64,000 bases of DNA. Origin: an uncultured Helicobacteraceae bacterium (GTDB lineage: Bacteria > Campylobacterota > Campylobacteria > Campylobacterales > SZUA-545). Positions 9,196 through 19,972 of this stretch are shown piece after piece. Below the pieces are notes generated by a model, which was given only the letters and a program-made list of their open reading frames with translations, was not told where the DNA came from and ran no database searches. The translations under genes and the position numbers were made by a program. The stretch lies in NCBI GenBank assembly GCA_963542625.1, contig CAUTXO010000001.1, forward strand, positions 3,068 to 67,067, read 5' to 3'. Numbering within the stretch: position 1 is the first letter of the stretch; every line of letters starts with the position of its first letter.

Positions 9196-10531
9196 TTTTA
9201 ACGAAAAATGCGCCGTCGTCGGCGTGTTTAATGTTGAAAATTCCGCAAAAATCGCCTACCTAGCGCTTTACTCAATGCAGCACCGGGGGCAAGAAGCAGC
9301 GGGCATAAGCTCAAGCGACGGCAAAAAAATCAAAACCGTAAAAGGGCTTGGGCTTGTTTCGCAAGTTTTTACAAAAGAAGGGCTAGCTAGCCTAAGCGGC
9401 GCTTTATCCATTGGGCATAATCGGTATTCAACCGCTGGCGCAAACAGCATTGAAGACGCGCAGCCCCTTTGCGCGACGCTAAATAGCGGAGATCTTGCGC
9501 TAGCGCACAACGGAAACCTAACAAACAGCCGCGCCCTAAGAGAAGCGCTCATCAAAAACGGGGCGGTTTTTCAGTCGCAAACCGACACAGAAAACATCAT
9601 TCACATCATCGCAAGAAGCAAGGAAGCGTCGCTAACAGAGCGCGTAAAAGAAGCACTTTTGCAAATAAAAGGCGCGTATTCGCTCGTGTTTTTGAGCGCG
9701 GATCTAATGATAGCTGCTAGGGATCCAAACGGCATACGGCCACTTTGCATAGGCGCGCTAGGGGGTGGCTTCATCGTTGCGAGTGAAACCTGCGCCTTTG
9801 ATTTAGTCGGCGCAAAATACCTAAGAGACATAGATCCAGCGGAGATGGTCGTGTTTGAAAGTGGGGGGCTTAGATCCATCAAGTTCGCCACGCCAAACGC
9901 AAAGCACTGTATTTTTGAGAGCGTTTATTTTGCAAGATCTGATAGCCTGCTGCGCGGCAAAACCGCCTACGAAACAAGAAAGCAAATGGGTAGAGAGCTA
10001 GCAAGGCAAGATGACCTAAAAGCCGACATCGTCGTGCCCGTCCCAGCTAGCGCAATCCCGCACGCCATAGGCTACGCCGAGCAAACGGGCATTCCGCTTG
10101 AGCTTGCCATCACCAAAAGCCACGCTGGGCGGAGCTTTATCCAACCGCTAAAAGAAGTCAGGGATCTTATGGTAAGGCAAAAGCTAAAGCCTATCCGTGA
10201 GCTCATTTACGGCAAGATCTTGGCGCTAATAGACGACTCAATCGTGCGCGGCACCACAGGCAAGCAAATAATTAGCTTGCTTTTTGAAGCCGGCGCAAAG
10301 GAAGTGCATATGCGCGTGGCGTCGCCGCCTGTTTGCTACCCGTGCTTTTACGGCATTGACACGCCAAGCAAGAGTGAGCTCATCGTCGCGCGGCTTGGCA
10401 TTGAAAAAACGGCGCAAGCGTTAGGGGCAAACTCGCTTAAATTCCTAAGCCTTAGCGCGCTAAAAAAAAGCGTTGAAGATAGCGGCAACTTTTGCTGTGC
10501 GTGCTTTGACGGAAAGTATTTTCACAAATGA
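9188..10531 (+). CDS. purF: Amidophosphoribosyltransferase
   Basis: Short propeptide followed by CAVVGVF (Ntn Cys), a PRPP-binding loop (LIDDSIVRGTT) and C-terminal Cys ligands. TTG start overlapping the dapB end. Confidence 0.9.
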   Translation: MNSFNEKCAVVGVFNVENSAKIAYLALYSMQHRGQEAAGISSSDGKKIKTVKGLGLVSQVFTKEGLASLSGALSIGHNRYSTAGANSIEDAQPLCATLNSGDLALAHNGNLTNSRALREALIKNGAVFQSQTDTENIIHIIARSKEASLTERVKEALLQIKGAYSLVFLSADLMIAARDPNGIRPLCIGALGGGFIVASETCAFDLVGAKYLRDIDPAEMVVFESGGLRSIKFATPNAKHCIFESVYFARSDSLLRGKTAYETRKQMGRELARQDDLKADIVVPVPASAIPHAIGYAEQTGIPLELAITKSHAGRSFIQPLKEVRDLMVRQKLKPIRELIYGKILALIDDSIVRGTTGKQIISLLFEAGAKEVHMRVASPPVCYPCFYGIDTPSKSELIVARLGIEKTAQALGANSLKFLSLSALKKSVEDSGNFCCACFDGKYFHK

Positions 10532-11469
10532 GCCAGCAAATGGGCTTGAGCGTGCTAACTTTTGGCGTGTATCTTAGGCAAAAATACGGCGTGCGTGTGC
10601 GCAAGATCCCAATATCTGTGAGCGGTTTTACCTGCCCCAACATAGACGGGACGGTCCTAAAAGGCGGCTGCACTTATTGCGACAACAGCTCCTTTAGCCC
10701 AAACCTAGCGCAAGAAAGTGGCGCGTTTTTTTTAAGTAGCCGCAGCGCGCAAAACCCGCTTCTTGGCGCACAGCTAGAGCAGGTGCAGTGGCAAATTTCG
10801 CAAACTTCGGCGTTTTTTGCAAGGCAATACGGGACGCAAAAATTCATCGCCTATTTTCAGTCGTTTTCAAATTCATACGCGCCACTTGAGACACTAGAAG
10901 CGCTTTATAATAAGGCGCTAGCGGCAAAAGACGTCATCGGAATTAGCGTCGGCACAAGGGCTGATTGTGTTAGCGATGACTTTTTGCGCCTGCTAAAAAA
11001 CCTAAAAACGCAAGAGATCTGGCTAGAAATCGGCGTGCAAAGCGCATTTAACAATACGCTAAAAATCATCAATCGCGGCGAGCGTTTTGAAGACATCGCG
11101 GCGGTTATTTCAAAGGCCGTGCGCGCCGGGATCAACGTTTGCGCGCATTTAATATACGGGCTGCCGAATGAAACGCAAAGCCATTTTATGCAAAGCCTTA
11201 GCGCGGTTTTAGCCCTAGGCGTGCAATCGTTAAAGATCCACCCGCTCTACATCACAAAAAACACTGTGCTAGAAAGGCTTTATCACGCCGGGCGCGTCCA
11301 GCTTTTAGCGCAAGAAGAATACGTCCGCGCCGTGCAAAAATCGCTTGAAATTATTCCACCGCACGTCATTATCCAGCGCCTAACCGCCGGCACTGATGAC
11401 CCAAGCCTAGTTGCCCCACTTTGGTGCAAAAACAAAAACGCGCTTAGGGCTAAGATCTTACGCAAATAA
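10528..11469 (+). CDS. Radical SAM protein, TIGR01212 (YhcC-like) family
   Basis: SGFTCPNIDGTVLKGGCTYCDN motif characteristic of this family. ATGA overlap with purF. Confidence 0.8.
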   Translation: MSQQMGLSVLTFGVYLRQKYGVRVRKIPISVSGFTCPNIDGTVLKGGCTYCDNSSFSPNLAQESGAFFLSSRSAQNPLLGAQLEQVQWQISQTSAFFARQYGTQKFIAYFQSFSNSYAPLETLEALYNKALAAKDVIGISVGTRADCVSDDFLRLLKNLKTQEIWLEIGVQSAFNNTLKIINRGERFEDIAAVISKAVRAGINVCAHLIYGLPNETQSHFMQSLSAVLALGVQSLKIHPLYITKNTVLERLYHAGRVQLLAQEEYVRAVQKSLEIIPPHVIIQRLTAGTDDPSLVAPLWCKNKNALRAKILRK

Positions 11470-11689
11470 ACACGCACCAAACGCAATAGCAAAGTCGCTA
11501 CAAGATCTAGCGCCTTAGATTTTGCAAAAGCAAAACACACGAAAAGTATTGAATTATTAATTTTACATTAAGCTTTAAATCTTTGGCTCAGAGTTCATAC
11601 AGCAATAGCCAAAACCACACAAACAAAACAAAACGGTAATATGATTAAACATTTTTTATATATGATCACATTTTTTCAAAGGTAAAAAG

Positions 11690-13654
11690 ATGAATTTTTT
11701 TAATAATTCAATATCAAACAAGCTTGTATTTGCGACGATTTTTGTGCTTTTTGCGGGGCTTGCCGTATTTACTTCAAACAACTACATAACGCTCAAAAAA
11801 GATCAGATTGAAGAGTCGGACAAATCAAAAGCAGACATCATAAAAGTTGCCGAGCTTTACATCGACCTTTACTTCAAAAAAATCACGTATTTTGTAGATA
11901 ACATCGAGCGATCCTTGCCAAACGAAAGCCCTTCAAAAGAAGATTTCTTCAAAATTATGGATAACGTTTCAAGCTTTAGTGACTTTGACTCAATCTACAT
12001 CGGCACAAACGCCGGCGTGCTGATTGCCGCAGACAAAGCAGACGGCTACAAACCTTATTACGACGGCGCTGGCTACTCAGATTATGACCCGCGCACTAGG
12101 GATTGGTATAAGGCGGCGCAAGACAAAACCAAGCCCGTTTTTACAAAGCCATACGTGGATAAGACGACAAACAAGCTTGCCATCAGCATTGCCAAGCCTT
12201 TGCGCAAGGGCTCGCAGGTGATTGCGGTGGCGGCGGCGGATATTTATATAGAAGATTTTGTGGGGATTATTTCGCAAATTAAGACGAGCAAAACGAGCTC
12301 AACTTTCATCTTAGATCCGGCGAGCAAAGATATGCTAATAGACGCCAATAAGGATCTGATTATGTTGCAAGATCCTACGCTAAAGGCTGCTGTGGCGCTG
12401 ATTGTTTCCAAACACGCGCAAACGCCAAACAAAGCCTTTCATTACGAGTTTGGCGGCAGCAAAAAAGACTGCGTTTGCTCGCAAAACAAGCTAACGGGCT
12501 GGCTGATTTGCATTTCAAACGAGACGTCCGATTACGACGAAAAGCTAAACGCCACGCTGTTTCATCAGATTTTGTTTTCTTTCGTTTTTCTAGGACTAAC
12601 GGCACTAATATTGTTTTTTATTATAAAACACAGCTTAAAACCAGTTGAAATAATCAAGGGCGCGCTGCTTGGATTTTTTGAATTTTTAAACCATAAGGCT
12701 GGCTCGGCAAGGCTTATTGGGCTTAAATCAGGCGATGAATTTGGCGTGATGGCGGCGATGATTGACGAAAACATCACGCAAGTCCAAAGGAATTTAAAAG
12801 AAGAAGCGGCGCTAATTGCGGCTGTGAATAACTTTGCGAGCGAAATCAATGGCGGGAATTTTAGCGCCACAATCCAAGCGCAAACACAGAACAAGATCCT
12901 AAACGAGCTAAAGGCGGCGCTTTTGGCGGTGGCAAACACGCTAAAAACCAAAGTGGCAAAAAACGCCAAAGAAACCCTTGCGCTGCTTAGGGAGTATCAG
13001 AATAAAAATTTTAGTGCGCGGCTTGACGATGCGGCGACGCTCACAAAAGGGGTAAATGATCTTGGCGGGGCGATAGAGGCTATGCTAAAAAATTCACTTT
13101 CACAAGGCCTAGCGCTAGAAGAAAAATCCACCAACCTTAACAACCTTGTAACTAATCTAAATAAATCCTCCACCGAGCAAGCCGCAAGCCTTGAGGAAGC
13201 CAGCGCCTCAATAGAAGAGCTCACCAGTTCAATGAATTCAATGACAAGCAAGGCTGACGAAGTAATCACGCAAAGCGAGGACATCAAAAACATCTTAAAC
13301 GTCATCAAAGATATTGCCGACCAAACCAACTTGCTTGCCCTAAATGCCGCCATTGAAGCCGCACGCGCAGGAGAAGCAGGGCGGGGCTTTGCCGTGGTTG
13401 CCGATGAAGTGAGAAAGCTAGCAGAGCGCACACAAAAAAGCTTGACGGAGATTGAAACCAACACGAACTTGCTTGTCCAAGCTATCAACGAAATGAGCAC
13501 AGGCGTGAAAGAACAAGCCATCGGAATCTCTCAAATCAACGAAGCGATGGGCTTGCTTGATAAACTAACGCAAGATAACACAAACCTAGCGACAAACACA
13601 AGCCGCATTGCAAACGAAGTAAATGAAATGGCAAAAAATATGATAAACAAATAG
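11690..13654 (+). CDS. Methyl-accepting chemotaxis protein with Cache-type periplasmic sensor
   Basis: N-terminal TM helix, a Cache-like segment ([12 protein letters not shown]), a second TM helix, and the conserved signalling hairpin [38 protein letters not shown]. Confidence 0.9.
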   Translation: MNFFNNSISNKLVFATIFVLFAGLAVFTSNNYITLKKDQIEESDKSKADIIKVAELYIDLYFKKITYFVDNIERSLPNESPSKEDFFKIMDNVSSFSDFDSIYIGTNAGVLIAADKADGYKPYYDGAGYSDYDPRTRDWYKAAQDKTKPVFTKPYVDKTTNKLAISIAKPLRKGSQVIAVAAADIYIEDFVGIISQIKTSKTSSTFILDPASKDMLIDANKDLIMLQDPTLKAAVALIVSKHAQTPNKAFHYEFGGSKKDCVCSQNKLTGWLICISNETSDYDEKLNATLFHQILFSFVFLGLTALILFFIIKHSLKPVEIIKGALLGFFEFLNHKAGSARLIGLKSGDEFGVMAAMIDENITQVQRNLKEEAALIAAVNNFASEINGGNFSATIQAQTQNKILNELKAALLAVANTLKTKVAKNAKETLALLREYQNKNFSARLDDAATLTKGVNDLGGAIEAMLKNSLSQGLALEEKSTNLNNLVTNLNKSSTEQAASLEEASASIEELTSSMNSMTSKADEVITQSEDIKNILNVIKDIADQTNLLALNAAIEAARAGEAGRGFAVVADEVRKLAERTQKSLTEIETNTNLLVQAINEMSTGVKEQAIGISQINEAMGLLDKLTQDNTNLATNTSRIANEVNEMAKNMINK

Positions 13655-13815
13655 CACAACTTAAAAATAGGTTAAGGCTTTGGGGTGTGAAAAATTTTTA
13701 TTTTTATAAAATGTTGTTATTTTATTTTTTACTGGCTATAATCGCAAATTCAATTTAATGCATAAGGCTTAATTATGAATTTGTATAAAAAATCACAACA
13801 AAAGGAATTGTTCTA

Positions 13816-15675
13816 ATGTTTAAATCGATGTCTGTAAAACTAAGGCTAGTAATTTTATCATCAACGCTGAGTTTGTTTCTTTTGATCGTCTCTTTTTTGT
13901 CGTTCAACGCACTTGGCACAATCGCCAAAAGCGCTAATGAAATGTATCAGAAAAACACAAGAAGTATCGTGCTTGTCTCAAGATTAAATATGGTTTATTT
14001 GCGCCTTAGGCTAGAGATCTTACGCACAAACGGCGGTAATGCAGATTACGCAAGATTTAATTCAATTTATAATACTTTCGACGAAGAATTCAAAAATTTT
14101 AACAGAGAATATCCGCAAACATATTTTGACGAGCAAGACAAAATCGACCACGAAAAATTAAAAAGTCTTATGGATATGTATATGGTAGCGGTGCAAGAAA
14201 TTATGGAAGAAATTAAAAATAACGCCGCGCTAGATCCGGTGGTGCTAAAAAGACTCGCAGAATACGGCACAAAATCAAGAGAAGCCATAAGCAATATGCT
14301 AACGCTCAATGAGAACGCATCAAAACAGGCGATAGAATTCAACAACAACAAGGCAAGCCAAATCAACATTTTGCTTGTTACGGTCACGATCTTAGCGACG
14401 GTTCTAGCGTTTGTGCTGTCCGTTTTAATCATAAAAAGCATCATAAATCCGCTTGAAAAAATCCAAAACGGCTTGCTTGAGTTCTTTAAATTCATCACGG
14501 GAGAGAGCAAAACGTCATCGCAAATCAATTACGACGGCAGGGACGAATTCGCCGTGATGGCAAAGGCGGTTAATCAAAACATCGAAGAAATCAGAGGCGG
14601 ACTTGCAAAAGATAGGGAAATGATTGCAGAAACCGCGAAGGTAATGTCCATTTGCGTTGAGGGGGATCTAGACCAAACAATTAGCTCCACGCCAAACAAC
14701 CCAGAGCTTACCGAGCTTAGAAAAATGATAAACCACTTTTTAGATGAGTTTAAATCCGCGATAAAGGGCACGGTGCACGTCCTAAACACCTACGCAAGCG
14801 GCGATTTTACAATCCGCATTCCAGAGCAAGCCGCCATAAAAGACAAAAAAGGCTTGATAGACGGCATCAATTTTCTAGGGCGCGAAGTCTCAAAAATGCT
14901 AACCCTTTCGCTCAGGCAGGGCGAAACTTTGGCGGACAAATCCGCTGTGCTTAACGGATCTGTTAATTCCATAAGCCGTGGCGCAAACGAGCAAGCCGCA
15001 AGCCTTGAAGAAATTGCCGCAAGCATAGAAGAAATCAGCGCGTCGATGGAGCATATGAATACCAAAGCCGATCAAGTCATAGCGCAAAGCGAAGACATAA
15101 AAAGCATTCTGTTAATTATCAAAGATATCGCGGATCAAACGAATTTGCTTGCTCTTAACGCCGCGATTGAAGCCGCGCGCGCGGGCGAGCACGGGCGTGG
15201 CTTTGCCGTCGTTGCCGATGAAGTGCGAAAGCTAGCCGAGCGAACGGCAAAAAGCCTTTCAGAGATTGAAACCAACGCAAATATTCTAGTGCAAAGCATT
15301 AATGATATGAGCGGATCTATCAAAGAGCAAAGCGAGGGCGTTTCTCAAATAAGCGACGCAATCAGCCAGCTTGACGGCGTAACGCAAGGCAACGCCGCCG
15401 CCGCGGATAGCACCGGCAAGGTTGCGATAGAAGTTAGCGAGATGTCAAAAGTGGCGGTAGAAAGCGCGAGATCCAAGAAGTTTGAAATAATAGAAGAAGG
15501 CGGCGCGGACAGAGCGCAAGATCTAGGCGCAGGCGTAGGCGCGGGCACGCACACTTCAAGCGGCGCTAGCGCTCAAGAGCCAGCACGCGAGCAAACGCCG
15601 CCAGCAAACGCGCAAACAGAACAAACGCACGACGAACCACAAACTAGAACAAGAAAGATCCTAAAGCCGCTCTAG
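13816..15675 (+). CDS. Methyl-accepting chemotaxis protein (helical-bundle sensor) with low-complexity C-terminal tail
   Basis: Two TM helices, a HAMP-like region and the signalling hairpin [38 protein letters not shown]. The last 65 aa or so are Q/T/A/P/G-rich. Confidence 0.9.
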   Translation: MFKSMSVKLRLVILSSTLSLFLLIVSFLSFNALGTIAKSANEMYQKNTRSIVLVSRLNMVYLRLRLEILRTNGGNADYARFNSIYNTFDEEFKNFNREYPQTYFDEQDKIDHEKLKSLMDMYMVAVQEIMEEIKNNAALDPVVLKRLAEYGTKSREAISNMLTLNENASKQAIEFNNNKASQINILLVTVTILATVLAFVLSVLIIKSIINPLEKIQNGLLEFFKFITGESKTSSQINYDGRDEFAVMAKAVNQNIEEIRGGLAKDREMIAETAKVMSICVEGDLDQTISSTPNNPELTELRKMINHFLDEFKSAIKGTVHVLNTYASGDFTIRIPEQAAIKDKKGLIDGINFLGREVSKMLTLSLRQGETLADKSAVLNGSVNSISRGANEQAASLEEIAASIEEISASMEHMNTKADQVIAQSEDIKSILLIIKDIADQTNLLALNAAIEAARAGEHGRGFAVVADEVRKLAERTAKSLSEIETNANILVQSINDMSGSIKEQSEGVSQISDAISQLDGVTQGNAAAADSTGKVAIEVSEMSKVAVESARSKKFEIIEEGGADRAQDLGAGVGAGTHTSSGASAQEPAREQTPPANAQTEQTHDEPQTRTRKILKPL

Positions 15676-16003
15676 GCTAGGATCTTAGGCGCTAGCACAC
15701 GCCCCGCTCAAACAAAACGCGCGTAAATTTTTAGCACCCCGCAAATTTTGCGCGCGTGTTTATTGGAGCTAAGCAAGTTCTTGCGTAAATCCAAGCAGGC
15801 AAACTCATACGAAGGGCGAGCTTAGATCTAAAACCGCGCGCACAAAAACGCAATGCAAAATCCTAAGCCGTTAAAGCATTTGTATCCGTGCTTGGCACGC
15901 GTAAGATCTTTTAAAAATCGCCTTTATATATGGATCTAAACCTAGCGGCACACCGGCTAAATTCAGCTTTTTAAGCAAAATTGCCCTACACTTTGAATAA
16001 TAT

Positions 16004-16018
16004 TTTCAAATTCAAAGG
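16004..16018. promoter_or_regulatory. Possible Fur-box-like AT-rich dyad upstream of the TonB-dependent receptor
   Basis: tgaataatattttca is partly palindromic (10/15 positions), resembles the TGATAATnATTATCA-type consensus only loosely, and ends 10 nt before the start codon. Confidence 0.2.
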
Positions 16019-16027
16019 ATCAAAAAA

Positions 16028-18802
16028 ATGAAGGCATTTGCTTTGCTGTTTGCCGGCTTCATCGCCGCAACGGCAGGAGTAACATTTGTAGAGGGGGGAC
16101 CACATAAGCCGCGCACACAGCTAGAAACGCAAGATCTGCAACAAAACTTCAGCACTCATTCACAAGCACAAAATCCAAGACAAACGTATAGCCAGACGGC
16201 TTTGGCGCAAAATAAACCACAAGCTCTCACGCAAGATCTAAGCCACCAAGCAAAGGAACCAGGAGCGCAAGATCTTAGCAAAAACAAGGCGCAAGGGCTA
16301 AGGGCACAAACTCAAACGGCAAGTGGCGGCTTGGATCTAGGACGCGGGATTATCACAGCAGCAGCGGATCTAGCAAGCGCAAACTCTCGCGCAAGTTCTA
16401 GCACCGGATCTAACAGCAGCGACGGCACCAACGGCACAAAATCTAGCGCAAAAGCTGGCGTTGGATACGACAACGGCACTAGCACAGATCCAAACACAAA
16501 CGCGGGCGGCAACACCGGCACAGGATCTAACGCTGGCGTGGGCGCAAACGCGGACGTAAAAACAAACGCAAACACAAAGCTAGATCTCATAGCAAGATCT
16601 AACGCCATAGCCCTTGCTGATACAAATGCGCTTGCAAGCGCAAACAGCAGCGCAAGATCTAGCACAGGATCTAACGGCAGCACCAGTGCAAACAAAGGCA
16701 CAGAAACCACCACCAGCGCAAAACAAACCGCAAGAAGGCGCGTGCAAGATCTAGGCACAATCGCCGTGAGCGCCACAGTTAGCCGCGTCAATTCCCTTGG
16801 CTACGCCGGCTCGCTTGGCGTCTTGCAATCGCGCGACCTAGACACGCAGCAAAACATCATAGACGCGCTCAAAAATATGCCGGGCATTGACGGCGGAATG
16901 GACGTCGGCCGCCAAGCGGGCAAGCAGTTTCAAATACGCGGCTTTGGCTACCAAAGCGAGGAGCGCGTCATCATCAAACAAGACGGCGTGGCGCGTTCGC
17001 CGGGGCTTTACTCCAATATGATCTCTAGCTTCCGCTCGGACACGGACATCTTAAAACGCGTTGAAGTCGTCAAGGGCACAAGCTCCATTTTGCACGGATC
17101 TGGCGCAATCGGCGGGGTCATCACAATGCAAACAAAAGACGCTTCTGACTACCTGCGCGCGGGGCGGCAAGCCGGCGCGATGCTTGGCGCGCGATACGAA
17201 ACAAACAATATGAAAAGCGTTCGCGGCGCACTTTACGCAGCGCCTGATAATACGCCGTTTGAGATCCTAGCTTACGGCAAAGAAGCGCGCCACAAAACGA
17301 TCCGCTACGCAGAAGGCGGCTCGCATTACGCGCAAAAAAGCGACGATTACGACGACCTTGCAAACGATGAAAAAATCACAGACTTTTTCCTAAAAGTTGG
17401 CGCAAAGTTCGGCGATCACAGCGCAAAAATAAGCCTTTTTGACTTCACGGAGCGCATTAAAACAACCTGGCAAAGCCTTTGGCAATTCTCAAAAACAGAC
17501 GAAGATCTCTTCGTATCCGGCAAAATCACGCAGCGCGATTACACGGCGCAATACGCCTACCACCCCGTATCAAACCTCGTGCAGCTTGAATTAAAAGCCT
17601 ACCACTCGCAGGCAAAATACGCGCGCGGATACGACACCACAGGCAGCAGCGGGCGCACCGTCGCAAACTACACAAACAAAGAGCACCGCTGGGGGCTAGA
17701 AGCAAAAAACACGGCAAGGCTAGAGAGCGAACTTTTATTGCAAGAGATAGTAGCGGGCGCGGATTACGCAAACAGGGCAGAATACGCGGAGTTTATCATT
17801 AACGGCGCAGCAAAAAACCAGCCAAGCCATCCAAACGAATACCACAACTACGGCGCCTACGCGCAAGACACGCTCACAGCCGGCGCCTTTGACTTAACAC
17901 TTGGCGCGCGCTACGACGGCTTTTTGCGGCGCATTAAAAAACCCGGCACAAAGGATTTTAGCGGCAGCCGTTTTAGCCCACGCGTGGCGGCGGCATATGC
18001 GCTAGGCGAGCTCACGTTTTTGGCTGGCTACAGCGAGAGTTTCCGCGCGCCAACCCCGCACGAAACCTCATCAAGCGGCCCCATCAACCGCGCGTATTAT
18101 TACCTACCAAACCCAAATTTGCGCCCAGAAATCGGCAAGGAGCTAGAAGCTGGGGCTAGCTACGCAAACACTTGGCAAAACGGCACGCTAAGCGCAAAAG
18201 CAATGTTTTTTGACGGAAAAATCAAGGATATGATAGACATTCGCCCGCGTAAAGATCTTGGCACGCCGCCGGCTGATGGGAGCCTAAACCCCGCGCAATA
18301 CGGGCAATACATCAACGTAGATAGCGCAAGAAGGCGCGGCGCGGAGATAACAGCAAGCCACCGCACGGACAAAACGCGCGTGGCGGCAAGCTTTGAAACC
18401 TTGCGCCTTTACGATGAAAAAACGAACAAAAACATCAACAATCACGCGGACAAAATCATTCTTAGCGCCGGTTTTTCGCCCGTTGCCGCACTGGATCTTA
18501 ATATGCGGCTAAGCCACTGGCTAAAGCCAAACTCCAAGCCCGCTTCTTACGAGGGGCGCGTGCGGGAAGGCGGGCGGATTGTCACAAAAACTTTCTACTA
18601 CGCAGATAAAGCGTTTAGTGTCGTTGATCTTTGGGCGCGGCTAGCGCTTGAGCGGGTCTTTACGGGGTTTGACGCGCTAACGCTTAAAGTCGGCGTGAAT
18701 AATGTTTTTGACAAGCAATACATCAACGCCAACCGCACAAAAGACACGCCCATCGTAGGGCTTGGGCGCAATATTTGGAGCGATTTGGAGCTACGCTTTT
18801 AG
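16028..18802 (+). CDS. TonB-dependent outer-membrane receptor with a low-complexity N-terminal extension of about 220 aa
   Basis: Signal peptide, a TonB-box-like DLGTIAVSATVSRV at about aa 243, plug motifs (FQIRGFG, VEVVKGTSSILHGSGAIGGVI) and a C-terminal ...WSDLELRF. Confidence 0.85.
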   Translation: MKAFALLFAGFIAATAGVTFVEGGPHKPRTQLETQDLQQNFSTHSQAQNPRQTYSQTALAQNKPQALTQDLSHQAKEPGAQDLSKNKAQGLRAQTQTASGGLDLGRGIITAAADLASANSRASSSTGSNSSDGTNGTKSSAKAGVGYDNGTSTDPNTNAGGNTGTGSNAGVGANADVKTNANTKLDLIARSNAIALADTNALASANSSARSSTGSNGSTSANKGTETTTSAKQTARRRVQDLGTIAVSATVSRVNSLGYAGSLGVLQSRDLDTQQNIIDALKNMPGIDGGMDVGRQAGKQFQIRGFGYQSEERVIIKQDGVARSPGLYSNMISSFRSDTDILKRVEVVKGTSSILHGSGAIGGVITMQTKDASDYLRAGRQAGAMLGARYETNNMKSVRGALYAAPDNTPFEILAYGKEARHKTIRYAEGGSHYAQKSDDYDDLANDEKITDFFLKVGAKFGDHSAKISLFDFTERIKTTWQSLWQFSKTDEDLFVSGKITQRDYTAQYAYHPVSNLVQLELKAYHSQAKYARGYDTTGSSGRTVANYTNKEHRWGLEAKNTARLESELLLQEIVAGADYANRAEYAEFIINGAAKNQPSHPNEYHNYGAYAQDTLTAGAFDLTLGARYDGFLRRIKKPGTKDFSGSRFSPRVAAAYALGELTFLAGYSESFRAPTPHETSSSGPINRAYYYLPNPNLRPEIGKELEAGASYANTWQNGTLSAKAMFFDGKIKDMIDIRPRKDLGTPPADGSLNPAQYGQYINVDSARRRGAEITASHRTDKTRVAASFETLRLYDEKTNKNINNHADKIILSAGFSPVAALDLNMRLSHWLKPNSKPASYEGRVREGGRIVTKTFYYADKAFSVVDLWARLALERVFTGFDALTLKVGVNNVFDKQYINANRTKDTPIVGLGRNIWSDLELRF

Positions 18803-18950
18803 GCTACTTGGGAGTGAGCTTTTGTGGCTTTGGGATTTATCGCGGCAAAAGATCTCGACACGCAAACAGGCGTAAAAACAATTGGTGGAAAAAACGGCAA
18901 GGCTTGGCAAATTTTGGCGTTCTAAAGCCTAGACAGTTAAAGCTGCTACG

Positions 18951-19307
18951 CTAAAAAACCAGCATTACGCGCAAAGCTAGCCTTGCCAAAATACGACCGG
19001 CGTTTATCTGCGCGCCGAAGTTTTGTTGCAAAAGGCACCATTAGTCTTTAACTTGCCTAGCATTTGCGACTTTGTGCTTTACGCTATGAGCTGTTAAAAA
19101 TTTTGATAGCTCAGTGCTGTATATGTTTGTCGCTTCAAACAAAACAAGCGCATTACTATCTAAGCGCCTAAGCAAGGCAAATAAGCCTGCTTGATTAAAA
19201 CTAACTTTAAAATATTCGTTAGTCTCATAAACTGTAATGTCAAGTTTAGTCTTTGAGACGTCAATTCCGTAATGCATAAAAAGTCCTTTTTTGCGCGGCG
19301 TTTGCAA
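18951..19307 (-). pseudogene. IS110-family transposase, N-terminal remnant (stop-interrupted, 3' part missing)
   Basis: HYGIDVSKTKLDITV...LFEATNIYSTELSKFL...KVANARQVKD matches the DEDD N-terminal domain of IS110 transposases. After the TAA the same frame continues with ...QINAGRILARLA (resembling KIDARILARLA) and then ends. About 120 aa are left of the more than 300 aa expected. Confidence 0.6.
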
Positions 19308-19972
19308 TCAATAAAAAAAATCTCTTGTGCGAGCTTTGCGCTCTTGTTTATAAAATTCTTTTTATTGCGTGTATTGCGCTTATTTAGAAACAGCATTGCT
19401 TTTTGACTAACTTACGAACTCGAAGTTCAAGATCTTTGAAAAACTTATGATGTTTCTTGGGGGTATGATGCAAGAGATCTTTGAGCGCCGACAGTGCGCG
19501 GATCTTGCAAAGATCTTTGCCGTAATTTCTGCTGCGTGGTTGATTTGCGGGGTGTAGATCTTGCAATGGATTTGCCAAAGAACCGGTGCAAATACCGCGA
19601 GTAGCAATACGCAAAGGTTTTAAATGCGCTTAGCGTCCAGAGCAAAGAGATTAGCAAGCCAAGTGTTTGCCAAGCCAAGCAATCAAAAACCAAGCGCTAG
19701 CCAACCTAGCCAAAGCAACCATTCTACCGTTGCTGCTGCTTAAAAGCGCTAGATCTTTGCAAAGGTTTTGGCAACAGCCAAGCCAAAGACCACCCGCCTC
19801 GTGCTACTGCTGCACCGTGCCACGCCAACGCTTCTAAACCGCCGCTATGCCGCCCGCACTACTGCCACCGCTACTTCACACCCGCGCCACGCCACACCGC
19901 GCAAACGCTGCCACGCGCTACGCCAACGCTGCTACCACTCTGCGCCAAACAAAACCCGCATTGCCGCAAAGC

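Noticed and set aside
12565-13521. 134-aa and 174-aa minus-strand ORFs inside MCP 1 (and 14067-14528 inside MCP 2)
   Set aside because: These are shadow ORFs opposite the conserved MCP signalling and sensor domains.
13150-15400. Near-identical DNA duplication between the two MCP signalling domains
   Set aside because: The similarity is at the level expected for the universally conserved MCP hairpin (protein level, with many substitutions). It is not a recent DNA repeat.
16312-16791. 159-aa minus-strand ORF
   Set aside because: It is antisense to the low-complexity N-terminal extension of the TonB-dependent receptor, and is open only because of repeat composition.
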